From positions 94,108-158,107 of the forward strand of contig CAJTPS010000001.1 in the NCBI GenBank assembly GCA_910578555.1: a stretch of 64,000 nucleotides of DNA, written 5' to 3'. The notes under the pieces were generated by a model. The model searched no databases. It had not been told where the DNA came from and saw nothing but the letters and a program-made list of their open reading frames with translations. This DNA is from an uncultured Lachnospiraceae bacterium (GTDB lineage: Bacteria > Bacillota > Clostridia > Lachnospirales > Lachnospiraceae). Below are positions 20,027-30,670 of the stretch, piece by piece. Position 1 is the first letter of the stretch, and every line of letters begins with the position of its first letter. The position numbers and the translations under genes are program-made.

Positions 20027-20181
20027 CAGTTCAGCCCGCGCTATTCGCAAAGGCACTTTCAGTGCTTTTCCGCTGCTTCGCAGCTAACTTTGCTCATAAA
20101 AAGACGCTCCGCTCATAGCTGACCAGATGTACTCATTCATGCAAGCATGATTCGTCCATCTTATCAGCTATGGCTGAACTG
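20027..20181. repeat. Inverted-repeat-bounded structured element, family 3, copy 1
   Basis: Perfect arms CAGTTCAGCC / GGCTGAACTG with nested internal hairpins; related to 45256-45316. Confidence 0.65.
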
Positions 20182-20288
20182 AAGAGTAAATTGAAGAAAT
20201 ATTGTTTCGCATATTGCGGTAACCGCCTTCTATACAGTAAAATAAAACAATATATGGAAACATATATCATAAGAAGAGAGGACGGACC

Positions 20289-21725
20289 ATGAGGAAACGA
20301 GGTATTGTTTTAGGGCTTGCGGCGGCTGTGATCATTGCGGCAGCAGGCTGTGGCGGACAGGAGCGGCAGAATACATTTCCTGCTGTTGTGATGAAGACCG
20401 AAAAGAACGCTGATGTGCAGGAGACGGAATCTGCTGATAACGGGCAGGAACTCTCCGGTGAGGATCAGAATGCTGACGAGGCACAACAACCGGATGGAAC
20501 AGACGCTGATACAGAACAGCAGAACCCGTCGGAGAGTGTCGTGCCACAACGTGATCAAAGTACGGAGCGCAGTATAGAGCAAGAGAGCCAGAGTGCAGGA
20601 AGTGACATGCAGCATACAAGTGAAGGTAGGAATGCGGGCATTGATTCTCCGGCGAACAAGTTCGTGAGAAACATGAAGATCGGCTGGAATCTTGGCAATA
20701 CTCTGGATGCACATTCGGATCAGAATAAGGCGAATGAAATGGGTTACGAGTCTGACTGGTGCGGAATCGTTACGACGAAAGAAATGGTGGACGAGATCAA
20801 AGCGGCGGGTTTTCAGACGATGCGTGTTCCGGTGTCGTGGCATAATCATGTGTTGGCAGACGGCAGTTATACGATCAGCGAAGCGTGGCTGAACCGCGTG
20901 CAGGAGATCGTGGACTATGCGATTGATAACGATATGCATGTGATTATCAATATCCATCATGATAATTCCACGAGCTATATGTATCCGTCAAAAGAGTACC
21001 TGGAACAGTCCAAAGCTTACGTTGCGGCGGTCTGGATACAGGTGGCGGAGCGGTTTGCGGATTATGACGAGCATCTGATTATGGAAGGGCTGAATGAGCC
21101 ACGTCTGATCGGGACAAGCGACGAGTGGTGGCTGGATTTGAACAAGCAGCAGTGCGTGGAGGCGGTACAGTGCATCAATGAACTGAATCAGGTATTTGTG
21201 GACACGGTGCGGGCTTCGGGCGGCTATAATGGAGAGCGCTATTTGCTGGTACCCGGTTATGCCGCATCTTTGCAGGGAGCAACGAATCCATACTTTGAGA
21301 TGCCGCGAGATATTGCCGGTAATGAGAATAAGATTCTGGTGGAGGTACATGCTTATACGCCTTATAATTTTGCGTTGTGTGCACCAGAAGAAAGCAGAAG
21401 TACTGATCAGTGGAGTGCTGACGATAAGGCTTCCACGGCGGAGATTGACGAATTGATGGACACCCTGTATGAGAAGTATGTCCGGAACGGGACCGGCGTG
21501 GTGATCGACGAGTTCGGCGCCAGGGATAAGAACGGAAATACGCAGGCGAGAATAGAATTCGCGGCATATTATGTAGCGGCTGCGAGACAGCGGGGAATCA
21601 CCTGCTGCCTGTGGGATAATAACGCATTTGCAGGCGGCGGAGAGAAGTTTGGCGTTTTCAATAGGCAAACCTGCAGCTTTCAGTACCCGGAACTGGTAGA
21701 GGGCATGATACAGGCTTGCGAGTAA
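20289..21725 (+). CDS. GH5 endoglucanase/xyloglucanase-like lipoprotein
   Basis: Lipobox AAAGC, low-complexity linker, GWNLGNTLDA, INIHHD, NEP (acid/base), IDEFG (nucleophile), LWDN. Confidence 0.92.
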   Translation: MRKRGIVLGLAAAVIIAAAGCGGQERQNTFPAVVMKTEKNADVQETESADNGQELSGEDQNADEAQQPDGTDADTEQQNPSESVVPQRDQSTERSIEQESQSAGSDMQHTSEGRNAGIDSPANKFVRNMKIGWNLGNTLDAHSDQNKANEMGYESDWCGIVTTKEMVDEIKAAGFQTMRVPVSWHNHVLADGSYTISEAWLNRVQEIVDYAIDNDMHVIINIHHDNSTSYMYPSKEYLEQSKAYVAAVWIQVAERFADYDEHLIMEGLNEPRLIGTSDEWWLDLNKQQCVEAVQCINELNQVFVDTVRASGGYNGERYLLVPGYAASLQGATNPYFEMPRDIAGNENKILVEVHAYTPYNFALCAPEESRSTDQWSADDKASTAEIDELMDTLYEKYVRNGTGVVIDEFGARDKNGNTQARIEFAAYYVAAARQRGITCCLWDNNAFAGGGEKFGVFNRQTCSFQYPELVEGMIQACE

Positions 21726-21856
21726 GCGGTGGGAAGAACACTTTTTGCACAGTAAGTAGCAGAAACATAATTGCGAAATGCCGGGCATAGGTATATGATA
21801 GTAATTGTTGCGGTAGATAGATGCAAGCCGCGTTTATAGTATATGTGGAGAACACA

Positions 21857-22627
21857 GTGATTAAGAAGATCGATTCAATAACAGTGAATTATATAGATGA
21901 GGGCAAGGGCGATGCCGTGCTGCTTTTGCATGGCTGGGGTGCGAACATCACCTTGTATGCCGGTATTATACAAGTACTTGCCCGAAGCGGGCATCGGGTG
22001 ATTGCGCTTGATATGCCGGGATTCGGGAAGACATCCGAACCGTCCGGACCGTGGTGCGTGGACGATTATGTGGATTTCGTTATGAAATTCATAGACTCTT
22101 TCGGGCTTACGCACTTTAGTGTTGTGGTGCATTCCTTTGGCGGAAGGGTGTTCTTTAAGATGAATGCCAGAGAGAATCTTCCTTTTACGATTGAGAAGGC
22201 AGTTCTGATCGACAGTGCGGGTATCCTACCGAAGAAGAGCTTCCGGCAGAAGGTCAGTCTGCGATGCTATAAGATCGGGCGCGCGGTTATGAGTACGAAG
22301 GTGTTGCATTTCCTGTATCCCGATGCGGTGGATAATATGCGGCGCAGACGCGGTTCGGCTGATTATAACAGCGCGACGCCGACCATGCGCGCTACGCTGG
22401 TGAGGGTGGTAAACGAAGACCTGGAGCCGCTCATGCATCTGGTTAAGTGCCCGACACTGTTGATCTGGGGAGATCAGGATACGGCAACACCCCTGTCCGA
22501 TGCGAAGCGAATGGAAGAACTGATTCCGGATGCCGGGCTTGTGGTGTGCGAAGGGGCGGGGCATTTCTCCTTTGCGGAACAGGCACCCAAGGTACACGGA
22601 GCACTGGCGGCGTTCTTTTCTTCGTAG
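21857..22627 (+). CDS. Alpha/beta-fold hydrolase
   Basis: LHGWG, DMPGFG, HSFGG nucleophile elbow, WGDQD, GAGHF; GTG start after GGAG. Confidence 0.9.
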   Translation: MIKKIDSITVNYIDEGKGDAVLLLHGWGANITLYAGIIQVLARSGHRVIALDMPGFGKTSEPSGPWCVDDYVDFVMKFIDSFGLTHFSVVVHSFGGRVFFKMNARENLPFTIEKAVLIDSAGILPKKSFRQKVSLRCYKIGRAVMSTKVLHFLYPDAVDNMRRRRGSADYNSATPTMRATLVRVVNEDLEPLMHLVKCPTLLIWGDQDTATPLSDAKRMEELIPDAGLVVCEGAGHFSFAEQAPKVHGALAAFFSS

Positions 22628-22803
22628 GAAGCACTGGCGGCTGTTTTTGACATCTGCATGTATCAGATGCAGCAACTTATATGAAAGCGTGTAAGCTAAT
22701 ATAAAGACCGGCGCGGGGTGAACAGTAACAGTTTGAAGTCGTATACGGGAATGACAACAGTGCGTATAGAGAATAACTTAGAATAGTATAGAATGAACAG
22801 GGA

Positions 22804-24435
22804 ATGACCATGGATATTGTATTGACTGTCATATGGTTTGCCACTTATCTGGTGGGCACCGTATGGTATGAACTTTATATTGTTCACATGTTCCAGCAGA
22901 ACTCCTATAAGCCGCGGGAATATATGGAGTGGATGCAGGTGCACAGCAATGTTGGAAGACTGCTGGGCAGATGCCTGTATGGGCTGCTCTCACTTCCGCT
23001 GGTACTGATCGGCGGACACGGGTGTGTGACTGCAGCATGTGTTATGAATGTAATGACTATAATAGTCAACAAACCGCATGCCGCGAAGAAACCGCTTGTG
23101 TATACAAAGCGGGTGAAGCGTATGCTGATGACCACGGTGCTGGTTTACCTGGTTGTCGTGCTGCTGTCAGTGCTTCTTTCCGCGGGAGGATTTCGCATGG
23201 CTCCGGGGGAGTCTGCTCCGACAGCGGTCGGAATTGCGACACATGGTCTGCATATCTGCATGGTTGTCCTGACGGGATTGTTTATCCTGCAACCGTTCCT
23301 GATTCTGCTGGTGAATCTGCTGAACCGTCCGATCGAGCGGGGAGTAGACCGGTATTATATCAACGATGCTGCCCGGATTCTGAAAGAGATGCCGGATTTG
23401 AAGATCATCGGTGTGACGGGGAGTTATGGCAAAACCAGCGTGAAGTATTTTCTGAGTACGCTGCTCTCCAGCAGCTATAATGTGCTTCATACGCCGGGTA
23501 ACTATAATACGACCTTAGGCGTTGTCAGGACGATCAGAGAGCAGATGAAACCGTTCCATGAGATCTTCATCTGCGAGATGGGGGCCAGAGAGGTGGGAGA
23601 TATCAAAGAGATATGCGATCTGGTACATCCCGGGTACGGAGTCATTACTTCGATCGGACCGCAGCATTTGCAGAGTTTTCATACGATAGAGAATATTATC
23701 GGCACGAAATTTGAACTGGCCGATGCGGTGCCGGCGAATGGCAAAGTTTTCCTGAACTATGACAATGAATATATCCGCACACATAAGATCAATAAAAATG
23801 TCGTAAGCTATGGAACGACAGGGAACGATATCGATTTTCGGGCTTATGAGATCGAAGTGTCGCCGAGAGGTTCTTCTTTTAAAATGAAAGATGAGAATGG
23901 AGACGAGTACGAGTTCCATACGCGGCTGGTGGGAAATCACAATGTACAGAATATCGCGGGCGCCATTGCGGTAGCGCATACGCTTGGGATTCCCATGGAA
24001 AAGCTGAAATATCCGGTGAAGCAGCTTGAAAGCGTGGAACACCGGCTGCAGCTTAAGAAGCAGGGGAACAGAATTATTCTGGATGATGCCTATAATTCTA
24101 ATAAGAATGGATTTAAGGCGGCGCTGGACACACTGGCGATGTTCAAAGAGCTTCGCATTCTGATGACGCCCGGCATGGTAGAGCTTGGCGAGAAGCAGTA
24201 TGATGAGAATAAAGAGGTCGGCATCTATGCCGCGGATAAATGTGATTATGCGGTGTTGATCGGCAAAGAGCAGACGAAACCGATTCAGGACGGTCTGCTG
24301 GAGGCTGGATTTGCACAGAATAAGATGATCGTGGTAGATACACTGCAGGATGCTTTCCAGATGGTGAATGCGATTCCTGATGAAAAGCAGAAGGTAGTGC
24401 TGATCGAGAATGATCTTCCGGACAATTATGCGTAG
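22804..24435 (+). CDS. murF: MurF-family ligase with N-terminal transmembrane extension
   Basis: GVTGSYGKTSVK, NYNTTLG, CEMGAR, DDAYNSN, TPGMVELG; about 170 hydrophobic N-terminal residues. Confidence 0.85.
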   Translation: MTMDIVLTVIWFATYLVGTVWYELYIVHMFQQNSYKPREYMEWMQVHSNVGRLLGRCLYGLLSLPLVLIGGHGCVTAACVMNVMTIIVNKPHAAKKPLVYTKRVKRMLMTTVLVYLVVVLLSVLLSAGGFRMAPGESAPTAVGIATHGLHICMVVLTGLFILQPFLILLVNLLNRPIERGVDRYYINDAARILKEMPDLKIIGVTGSYGKTSVKYFLSTLLSSSYNVLHTPGNYNTTLGVVRTIREQMKPFHEIFICEMGAREVGDIKEICDLVHPGYGVITSIGPQHLQSFHTIENIIGTKFELADAVPANGKVFLNYDNEYIRTHKINKNVVSYGTTGNDIDFRAYEIEVSPRGSSFKMKDENGDEYEFHTRLVGNHNVQNIAGAIAVAHTLGIPMEKLKYPVKQLESVEHRLQLKKQGNRIILDDAYNSNKNGFKAALDTLAMFKELRILMTPGMVELGEKQYDENKEVGIYAADKCDYAVLIGKEQTKPIQDGLLEAGFAQNKMIVVDTLQDAFQMVNAIPDEKQKVVLIENDLPDNYA

Positions 24436-24478
24436 ACAAGTGGGTTAAGGGCAGGATGTTGATGCCTTGTGAGAATAA

Positions 24479-24628
24479 AGTGTGAATAAATTCTCTGATG
24501 AGCAATCTAGTTCATCAAACCGAACAAGTTTAGTCAGAATTTGTGCCGAAGCGTCACAAATTCCATTGGCTGCGGAGCGGAACAGAAAATTCTTTTTGCG
24601 TCCACAGCGTAAGCGCTTCGGAGTGGAG
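24479..24628 (+). repeat. Pseudoknotted intergenic repeat / candidate structured RNA, family 2, copy A
   Basis: AGTGTGAA..TGAT-loop hairpin; GAATTTGTG-CCGAAGCGT-CACAAATTC hairpin; 3' AAGCGCTTCGGAGTGGAG complementary to the loop. Confidence 0.75.
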
Positions 24629-24634
24629 GAAAAT

Positions 24635-25816
24635 ATGAAGATTCGGGTAGGCGTTTTTTTTGGCGGTAAGAGCGTGGAACATGAAGTGTCTGTGATATCA
24701 GGATTACAGGCTTATAATTCGTTCAACAGGGATAAGTACGAGCCGGTTCCAATTTACATTACGAAGGAAAATGAGCTTTACACAGGCGAGGCGATTGCGG
24801 ATATTGCCAATTATAAGAATATTCCAGCACTGCTGCAGAAGAGCACGCGGGTATTTCTCATGTGTGAACAGGGACAGGTACAGCTGATCCAGTATCCGGT
24901 AAAGAAACTGGGTAGCTCCGTAGTGACACAGATCGATGTGGCGTTTCCGGTCGTACACGGTGCGAATGTGGAGGATGGCTCTTTACAGGGATTCCTGCGG
25001 CACTATAACATCCCGCTTGCAGGGTGTGACGTCGGGGCGTCGGCTGTGACGATGGATAAATATGTGATGAAGACCGTACTGAAGGACAACGGGATTCCGG
25101 TTTTAGACTGTGTTACGCTGAATGCAAAGGAATATGAGAGAGACGAAGAGAGCGCTTATGTGAATGTAGAGGAGAGAATCGGCTATCCGGTTATTGTAAA
25201 ACCGGTTAATCTGGGATCAAGCGTCGGAATCAGAGTGGCGAAAGACCGTGAAGGACTGCGGGAAGCGCTGGAGTATGCGTTTACGTTTGGCAGCAGGGTA
25301 CTGATTGAACATGCCATTATGAATCTGCGGGAGATCAACTGCGCGGTGCTGGGCGATTATGATGAGGCGCAGGCGTCCGAGTGCGAGGAGCCGATCTCCA
25401 GTGACGAGATTCTGAGCTATGAAGATAAATATGTGGCGGGCGATAAGAGCGGTTCCGAGGGTATGCGCACTGCGAAGAGAGAGCTGCCCGCTAACCTGAC
25501 GCCGCAGAAACGGGAAGAGATCCGGCAGATGGCCGTCAGGACATTTCAGGTTTTAAATTGCAGCGGCGTGTCCAGAATTGACTTTATGATAGACCGCGAT
25601 ACGGATCAGGTGTATGTCAATGAGATCAACCCGATTCCGGGATCGCTGGCATTCTATCTGTGGGAGGCGCTGGATAAACCTTATGCGCAGCTTCTGGACG
25701 ATATGGTAGGACTGGCGCTTAAGAGGGAGCGGGAAGAGAAGAGTATGCTGACTTCTTTCGACAGTAATATTCTGCAGAATGCGAATCTGTCGGGCGCAAA
25801 AGGTGTCAAGAAATAA
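24635..25816 (+). CDS. ddl: D-alanine--D-alanine ligase family protein
   Basis: FGGKSVEHEVS, HGANVEDG, KPVNLGSSVG, SYEDKY, NEINPIPG. Confidence 0.92.
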   Translation: MKIRVGVFFGGKSVEHEVSVISGLQAYNSFNRDKYEPVPIYITKENELYTGEAIADIANYKNIPALLQKSTRVFLMCEQGQVQLIQYPVKKLGSSVVTQIDVAFPVVHGANVEDGSLQGFLRHYNIPLAGCDVGASAVTMDKYVMKTVLKDNGIPVLDCVTLNAKEYERDEESAYVNVEERIGYPVIVKPVNLGSSVGIRVAKDREGLREALEYAFTFGSRVLIEHAIMNLREINCAVLGDYDEAQASECEEPISSDEILSYEDKYVAGDKSGSEGMRTAKRELPANLTPQKREEIRQMAVRTFQVLNCSGVSRIDFMIDRDTDQVYVNEINPIPGSLAFYLWEALDKPYAQLLDDMVGLALKREREEKSMLTSFDSNILQNANLSGAKGVKK

Positions 25817-26070
25817 GGGGCGGACAAAGCTGAAAGCAACAGGAATATGAATCAATATAGAAAGGAAAAAGGGATCGGACGCATCGACATCATGTAAAAT
25901 AAAGCAGAAAAACAGAATAAGAGCGGAACACAGGTGTAGAAAACTGCTTTACGAAAGTCCATATTTCCATGCATATAATTTCCACTGTTACAAATAATAG
26001 TAAAAACATAAAGGCAAAAAAACTATTACGCGGTGAGACAGCTGCGATTTACAGATGGAGGTTATATAAT

Positions 26071-26613
26071 ATGAAAGCAACAGGAATTGTCAGAAGAATA
26101 GATGATCTCGGGCGTATCGTGATTCCGAAGGAAATCCGCAGAACATTGCGGATCAGGGAATCAGACCCGTTGGAAATATTTACCGACAGAGAAGGAGAGA
26201 TCATATTAAAAAAATATTCGCCGATCGGTGAGATGGGAACCTTTGCAAAGCAGTATGCGGAGAGTATGGCGCAGGTATCCGGGCATATTGCGATGATATC
26301 CGACAGGGATCAGTTCATTGCCGTGGCAGGCGGTATGAAGAATATGCTGGGTAAGTCCATCAGCCGGGAGCTGGAGGAGAAGATCAATCACAGGGAGAGC
26401 GTTGTTGCGGCGAAAGGAGACCGTAACTTTATTCAGGTCAGCAACGATCAGGACGAGTTTCATCATGAGGCGATCAGTCCGATCATCTGTGAAGGCGATG
26501 TGATCGGTTCTGTGCTGCTTGTGGAGACAGACCATAAGTCTAAGATGGGGGAAGTGGAGCAGAAGCTGATTCAGTCTGCGGCGGGATTTCTGGGAAGACA
26601 GATGGAGCAGTAA
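26071..26613 (+). CDS. spoVT: Stage V sporulation protein T
   Basis: MKATGIVRRIDDLGRIVIPKEIRRT AbrB domain plus C-terminal GAF-like domain ending FLGRQME. Confidence 0.96.
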   Translation: MKATGIVRRIDDLGRIVIPKEIRRTLRIRESDPLEIFTDREGEIILKKYSPIGEMGTFAKQYAESMAQVSGHIAMISDRDQFIAVAGGMKNMLGKSISRELEEKINHRESVVAAKGDRNFIQVSNDQDEFHHEAISPIICEGDVIGSVLLVETDHKSKMGEVEQKLIQSAAGFLGRQMEQ

Positions 26614-26791
26614 CGGCAGAGCATAGAGGCGTGCCATGAAGACAGCAGGATGGAAATAAAATGTCAGGGGTTTTGCGCCCTGAAATAAATCCGTAAAAAG
26701 AGAGAATCCCATGGAGGTTAGGCCTTGAAAGACCTGAATTACGTGGGTTTCTCTCTGTTTCGGTTAAGGGCTAAAAATCACAATCCTGCAA

Positions 26792-27433
26792 TCAGATATA
26801 ATAATCAATCGTCCTCTCAGCTGTAAGCCGCGTTTCCTGATTAAATACAATCAGGGCTTCCCGGAGGGCCTGCGGTCCCATTTCGTAATAGCCTTCGGTC
26901 AGACGGTTGAGACGCTGCATGGAAACCATGCGGTTGGCGCGTTTGGGCTGATCGGTAATAAAGGTGATCCCGCCGCTGAAATATTCCTGATCCAGATCGG
27001 GGTCATCGAGCTCCTCGTAATACGGATCGAAAAGGTAAATGCTGTCTCCTTCTATACCGGTGAGCAGCACATAGTGAGCGACATCCAGATAGAGTCTTAA
27101 GACGACCACGCCGCCCTGATGTAACGCAGCGGCAATCTTGTTGTCTTCTGTCACATGTACACTCTCGCCGGACAGGAACTCACAGGAAATCGGGAAATTT
27201 TTCATCTGACCGAACTGGTTGAGCCAGTTGCTTAGGAACATCATGGCGGAGGCGGAGGTGCCGCGCTTGCCCACTTCACCGTGTTCATTGTATGAATCCA
27301 GACAGTACAGCATAATATATTTAATGATGTCGGGGTAAATGACTTCGCGGTCAAATAAGTAACGGATAGCATTGGTAAGTGTTACAGGCCCGCAGTCGTA
27401 CTCGCTGGATTGGTAATTAAGTAAGTTTTTCAT
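26792..27433 (-). CDS. Peptidase C39-like cysteine protease
   Basis: QSSEYDCGP (Cys), HYVL (His) and LFDP (Asp) triad pattern. Confidence 0.75.
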   Translation of the reverse strand: MKNLLNYQSSEYDCGPVTLTNAIRYLFDREVIYPDIIKYIMLYCLDSYNEHGEVGKRGTSASAMMFLSNWLNQFGQMKNFPISCEFLSGESVHVTEDNKIAAALHQGGVVVLRLYLDVAHYVLLTGIEGDSIYLFDPYYEELDDPDLDQEYFSGGITFITDQPKRANRMVSMQRLNRLTEGYYEMGPQALREALIVFNQETRLTAERTIDYYI

Positions 27434-27577
27434 GTATATTTTCCTTTGTATTTATCGTAATTGTAGAAAATATACATCGCATTGCTTTTTTTGTCAAGGT
27501 TATGCTATACTAAGTCGATTGCCAATAAATGTAAGGCTGAACGGCTGCGCCGATTAGAAACTTTTTACAGAAAAATA

Positions 27578-27606
27578 TTGACATCTGGATTTATGGGAAG
27601 TATAAT
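27578..27606 (+). promoter_or_regulatory. Consensus sigma-A promoter of the peptide ABC operon
   Basis: TTGACA (27578-83), 17-bp spacer, TATAAT (27601-06). Confidence 0.85.
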
Positions 27607-27612
27607 CCACAC

Positions 27613-27637
27613 AAAACCTAGCATTAAACTAGGAAAT
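27613..27637. promoter_or_regulatory. Palindromic operator just downstream of the promoter (Rrf2/CymR-like shape)
   Basis: AAAACCTAG-CATTAAA-CTAGGAAAT. Confidence 0.5.
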
Positions 27638-27735
27638 AAATGTGAGCCGATGTACCAAGAGAGATATGCCTTAGGGAAAAAGTATGTTTATTGATGTGCA
27701 ATGAATCTGCGGCTTTGAAATGGAGGAGAGGTATT

Positions 27736-29412
27736 ATGAAAAGAATTGCGAGGAGATTACTGAGCCTGTCACTGGCGCTTGCGATGATGGCAGTCATGAC
27801 GGCCTGCGGGACTTCCGGCAACGGGGGTAATACGGCGGTGACAGACGACGCAGTTTATGATGAGAACGGCGAACCGACGGGGCCTGCAGAGGCTGCGGAG
27901 GGCGAGAAAATCATCAATATTGGTGTGACGGACAGTCTTGGCGGGGTCAATCCGTTTGCAACCGATCAGACGGAGATTAATAAATATGCCATGGACTTAA
28001 TGTTTCTGCCTTTGATGGAACTGGATAAGGACTTAAATTTCCAGGGAATGCTGGCGGATTCCATCACGACGGATGACAACATGCATTTTATCGTGCATAT
28101 AGACGACGAGGCGACATGGTCCGACGGGACGCCGGTCACGGCTTATGATGTGGAGTATTCGGTGCTGCGCTATGCCAGCCCGGTCGTAGCCAATTCTACA
28201 TTGCTGTTATATGCTTTTGAGGGAACGGACGATGCGACCGGATTCGTGGAAGAAGGTGCGACTTCCATGGCCGGACTTACCGTGCTGGATGACAAGACGA
28301 TACAGTTTAGCGCCAAATATCCGATGGCACTGACCACATTTCAGAACAGTTACGGCAGATACCTGCATGTGCTGCCCAAGCACGTAATAGAGAAATTTTC
28401 GGAGAGCGAACTGACTTCCAACAGCTGGTTTAACCAGCCTGATGTAATCAGCGGACCGTATTTCCTGACGGGGTATGATGCAGACCATTATATTTCCTAT
28501 ACGGCGAATACTGATTACTGGAAGGGTGCACCGAAGATTGATAAGCTGAATTTTAAGATTGTGGACGGAAGTCAGATCTATGCGGGACTGCAGTCCGGCG
28601 AAATTGATATCACGCAGCATACCATGACGGCGATTCCACAGGAGGATTACGAGAGTATAGAAGCGCTTAAGAATGTAACGGTAGTATACGGATCTCCTGT
28701 GACAAATCAGTCGGCGTTCATCCAGACGGCGAATATTCCTGATGAGAGAGTGCGGCAGGCACTTGTATATGCCATCGACAGACAGCAGCTTGTGGATCAG
28801 CTTCTGAAAGGACACGGTGAGGTAGTGGACGGCTTCCTCTCTTCAGCAAGTCCGTTCTATGATTCCACGATTGAGCCGCTTGCATATGATCCCGAAAAGG
28901 CGAAGGAACTTCTGGAAGAAGCCGGATGGGACAGCACGAAGGTACTCCGCTTCTATGTTAATTCCGGAGACAATACGTTTGTCAACGGCGTGCAGGTAAT
29001 TGCGGCACAGTGGGCGGCAGTCGGCATTAACGTGGAGATTACAACGGTGGATCTTGCGACATTGATGACAGTAGCCGGCACGACGGATTATGATATTATG
29101 GCGGTGCAGTATACCTATGCACCGGTAGATCCCTACCCGGACGTTACATGGCTGCTGGGCGGCGAAGGCAGCTGGACGGGATACTATAACGAAGAGGTTA
29201 CGGGAGCGTTGGAGGGAACACAGCAGACGAGCAGCGTCGAGGAAATTAAAGATTTTTATTCCACCGTTAACAGGAAAATGCAGGAGGAAGCGCCTATGTT
29301 CTCAGTCTACGTGATCAGCGCACAGGGAGCGGTGAGCAATCGTGTAGCAGGTGCACAGCCCAGTGTATACGGATTCCTGAATGACGTTCACAACTGGGAT
29401 GTTACGCAGTGA
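27736..29412 (+). CDS. Peptide/nickel ABC transporter substrate-binding lipoprotein (family 5)
   Basis: Lipobox MTAC; ATWSDGTPVTAYDV, SGPY, YWKGAPKID, VRQALVYAIDR. Confidence 0.92.
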   Translation: MKRIARRLLSLSLALAMMAVMTACGTSGNGGNTAVTDDAVYDENGEPTGPAEAAEGEKIINIGVTDSLGGVNPFATDQTEINKYAMDLMFLPLMELDKDLNFQGMLADSITTDDNMHFIVHIDDEATWSDGTPVTAYDVEYSVLRYASPVVANSTLLLYAFEGTDDATGFVEEGATSMAGLTVLDDKTIQFSAKYPMALTTFQNSYGRYLHVLPKHVIEKFSESELTSNSWFNQPDVISGPYFLTGYDADHYISYTANTDYWKGAPKIDKLNFKIVDGSQIYAGLQSGEIDITQHTMTAIPQEDYESIEALKNVTVVYGSPVTNQSAFIQTANIPDERVRQALVYAIDRQQLVDQLLKGHGEVVDGFLSSASPFYDSTIEPLAYDPEKAKELLEEAGWDSTKVLRFYVNSGDNTFVNGVQVIAAQWAAVGINVEITTVDLATLMTVAGTTDYDIMAVQYTYAPVDPYPDVTWLLGGEGSWTGYYNEEVTGALEGTQQTSSVEEIKDFYSTVNRKMQEEAPMFSVYVISAQGAVSNRVAGAQPSVYGFLNDVHNWDVTQ

Positions 29413-29421
29413 CGGAGGTAC

Positions 29422-29591
29422 AGTGTGAACAATCACACTGATGTGCTGATTGCTCACACGCAAATTTGTGCCGGAGCGTCACAAATTTGTTTGTATGGCA
29501 AAACTTTGTAAACAAAGTTTGCAAATTTGAAATTTGCGACTTTGCGTTAGCAAAGTCATGCCGCTTGTCGCACGAGCGCTCCGGAATGGAG
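29422..29591 (+). repeat. Pseudoknotted intergenic repeat / candidate structured RNA, family 2, copy B
   Basis: GTGTGA..TGAT..TCACAC hairpin; CAAATTTGTG-CCGGAGCGT-CACAAATTTG hairpin; 3' GAGCGCTCCGGAATGGAG. Confidence 0.8.
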
Positions 29592-29597
29592 AACACT

Positions 29598-30572
29598 ATG
29601 TCACATTTATTGGAGGTACGGGACTTAACAACGGTTTTTCGCGGAGATTCCGGCATGAATATCAGTGTTGATCATGTCAGCTTTCATGTGGACCAGGGGG
29701 AAGTGGTCTGCATTGTAGGCGAGTCCGGCTGCGGTAAAAGTGTTACATCACTGTCTATTATGGGATTATTGAGGAGGGGCGGAGCTGTCACGGACGGCTC
29801 TGTCCTCTTTGACGGTAAGAATCTTCTTACGATGACGGAAAAGGAGCTGGATCAGATCAGAGGAGATGAACTGACGATGATCTTTCAGGACCCGCTCACG
29901 TCGCTGAATCCGGTGTTTACTGTGGGCAGCCAGATTACGGAGAGTATCCGGACGCACATGCACTTATCCAAGGAGACGGCAAGGAAGCGGGCAGTGGAAC
30001 TGCTTGTGCAGGTGGGGATGCCTGATGCGGCGGGAACGATGAAGAAGTATCCGCACACGTTGTCGGGCGGTATGCGGCAGAGAGTTATGATTGCGATGGC
30101 GCTGTCATGTAATCCGCGGCTGCTGATCGCAGATGAGCCGACGACTGCGCTGGATGTGACGATACAGGCGCAGATCATGAGGCTGCTGAAAGAATTGCAG
30201 CAGGAGCGCAACATGTCCATGATACTGATTACACACGACATCGGCCTGGTTGCCAATACGGCGGACAGAGTACTCGTGATGTATGCGGGACAGATCATCG
30301 AGGAAGCAGCGGCGGAGGAGATTTTCACGGACCCGAAGCACCCGTATACACAGGCGCTTCTGCATACGGTGCCGACGATCCGGGATGAGGCTGACAGGAA
30401 ACTGGAGGCAATTCCGGGTATGGTGCCGGAGAACTATGATGATATTGCGGGGTGCCGGTTTGCGGACCGCTGCCCTTACCGTAGAGAAGAATGTGATAAG
30501 CCGCAGGATGCATACCTGTTCGGCGGGGACCATAGGGCGAGGTGCATCGTGACGTGGCAGAAGCACCGATAG
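29598..30572 (+). CDS. Peptide ABC transporter ATP-binding protein (OppD/DppD type)
   Basis: GESGCGKS, LSGGMRQR, DEPTTALD, GCRFADRC. Confidence 0.93.
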   Translation: MSHLLEVRDLTTVFRGDSGMNISVDHVSFHVDQGEVVCIVGESGCGKSVTSLSIMGLLRRGGAVTDGSVLFDGKNLLTMTEKELDQIRGDELTMIFQDPLTSLNPVFTVGSQITESIRTHMHLSKETARKRAVELLVQVGMPDAAGTMKKYPHTLSGGMRQRVMIAMALSCNPRLLIADEPTTALDVTIQAQIMRLLKELQQERNMSMILITHDIGLVANTADRVLVMYAGQIIEEAAAEEIFTDPKHPYTQALLHTVPTIRDEADRKLEAIPGMVPENYDDIAGCRFADRCPYRREECDKPQDAYLFGGDHRARCIVTWQKHR

Positions 30573-30670
30573 ATTGCCGGACAGACATTGTGTAGAACAG
30601 CAGCGGCAGGTTTGCTGCTGCCGCGATTGTACAGACGTATATAAGCAGTGTCCGGCAATGGAGGAAAGTT

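Noticed and set aside
24495..24503. CTGATGAG resembling a hammerhead ribozyme core in family-2 copy A
   Set aside because: It is the CTC-TGAT-GAG hairpin tip; copies B and C lack CTGANGA and I could not build the three hammerhead stems.
24482..24634. N-terminal extensions of Ddl (from 24482) and the OppD-like protein (from 29466) in the ORF track
   Set aside because: They run through the family-2 repeat; RBS-supported starts at 24635 and 29598 match the normal protein N-termini.
24635..25816. ddl/murF cluster as a vancomycin-resistance (van) operon
   Set aside because: No vanH, vanX, vanY, vanT or vanRS genes, and the ligase retains the D-Ala-D-Ala-type KY omega loop.
26640..26760. Structured-looking spacer after spoVT as a possible riboswitch
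   Set aside because: It lies between convergent genes with no recognisable aptamer consensus; most likely a terminator region.
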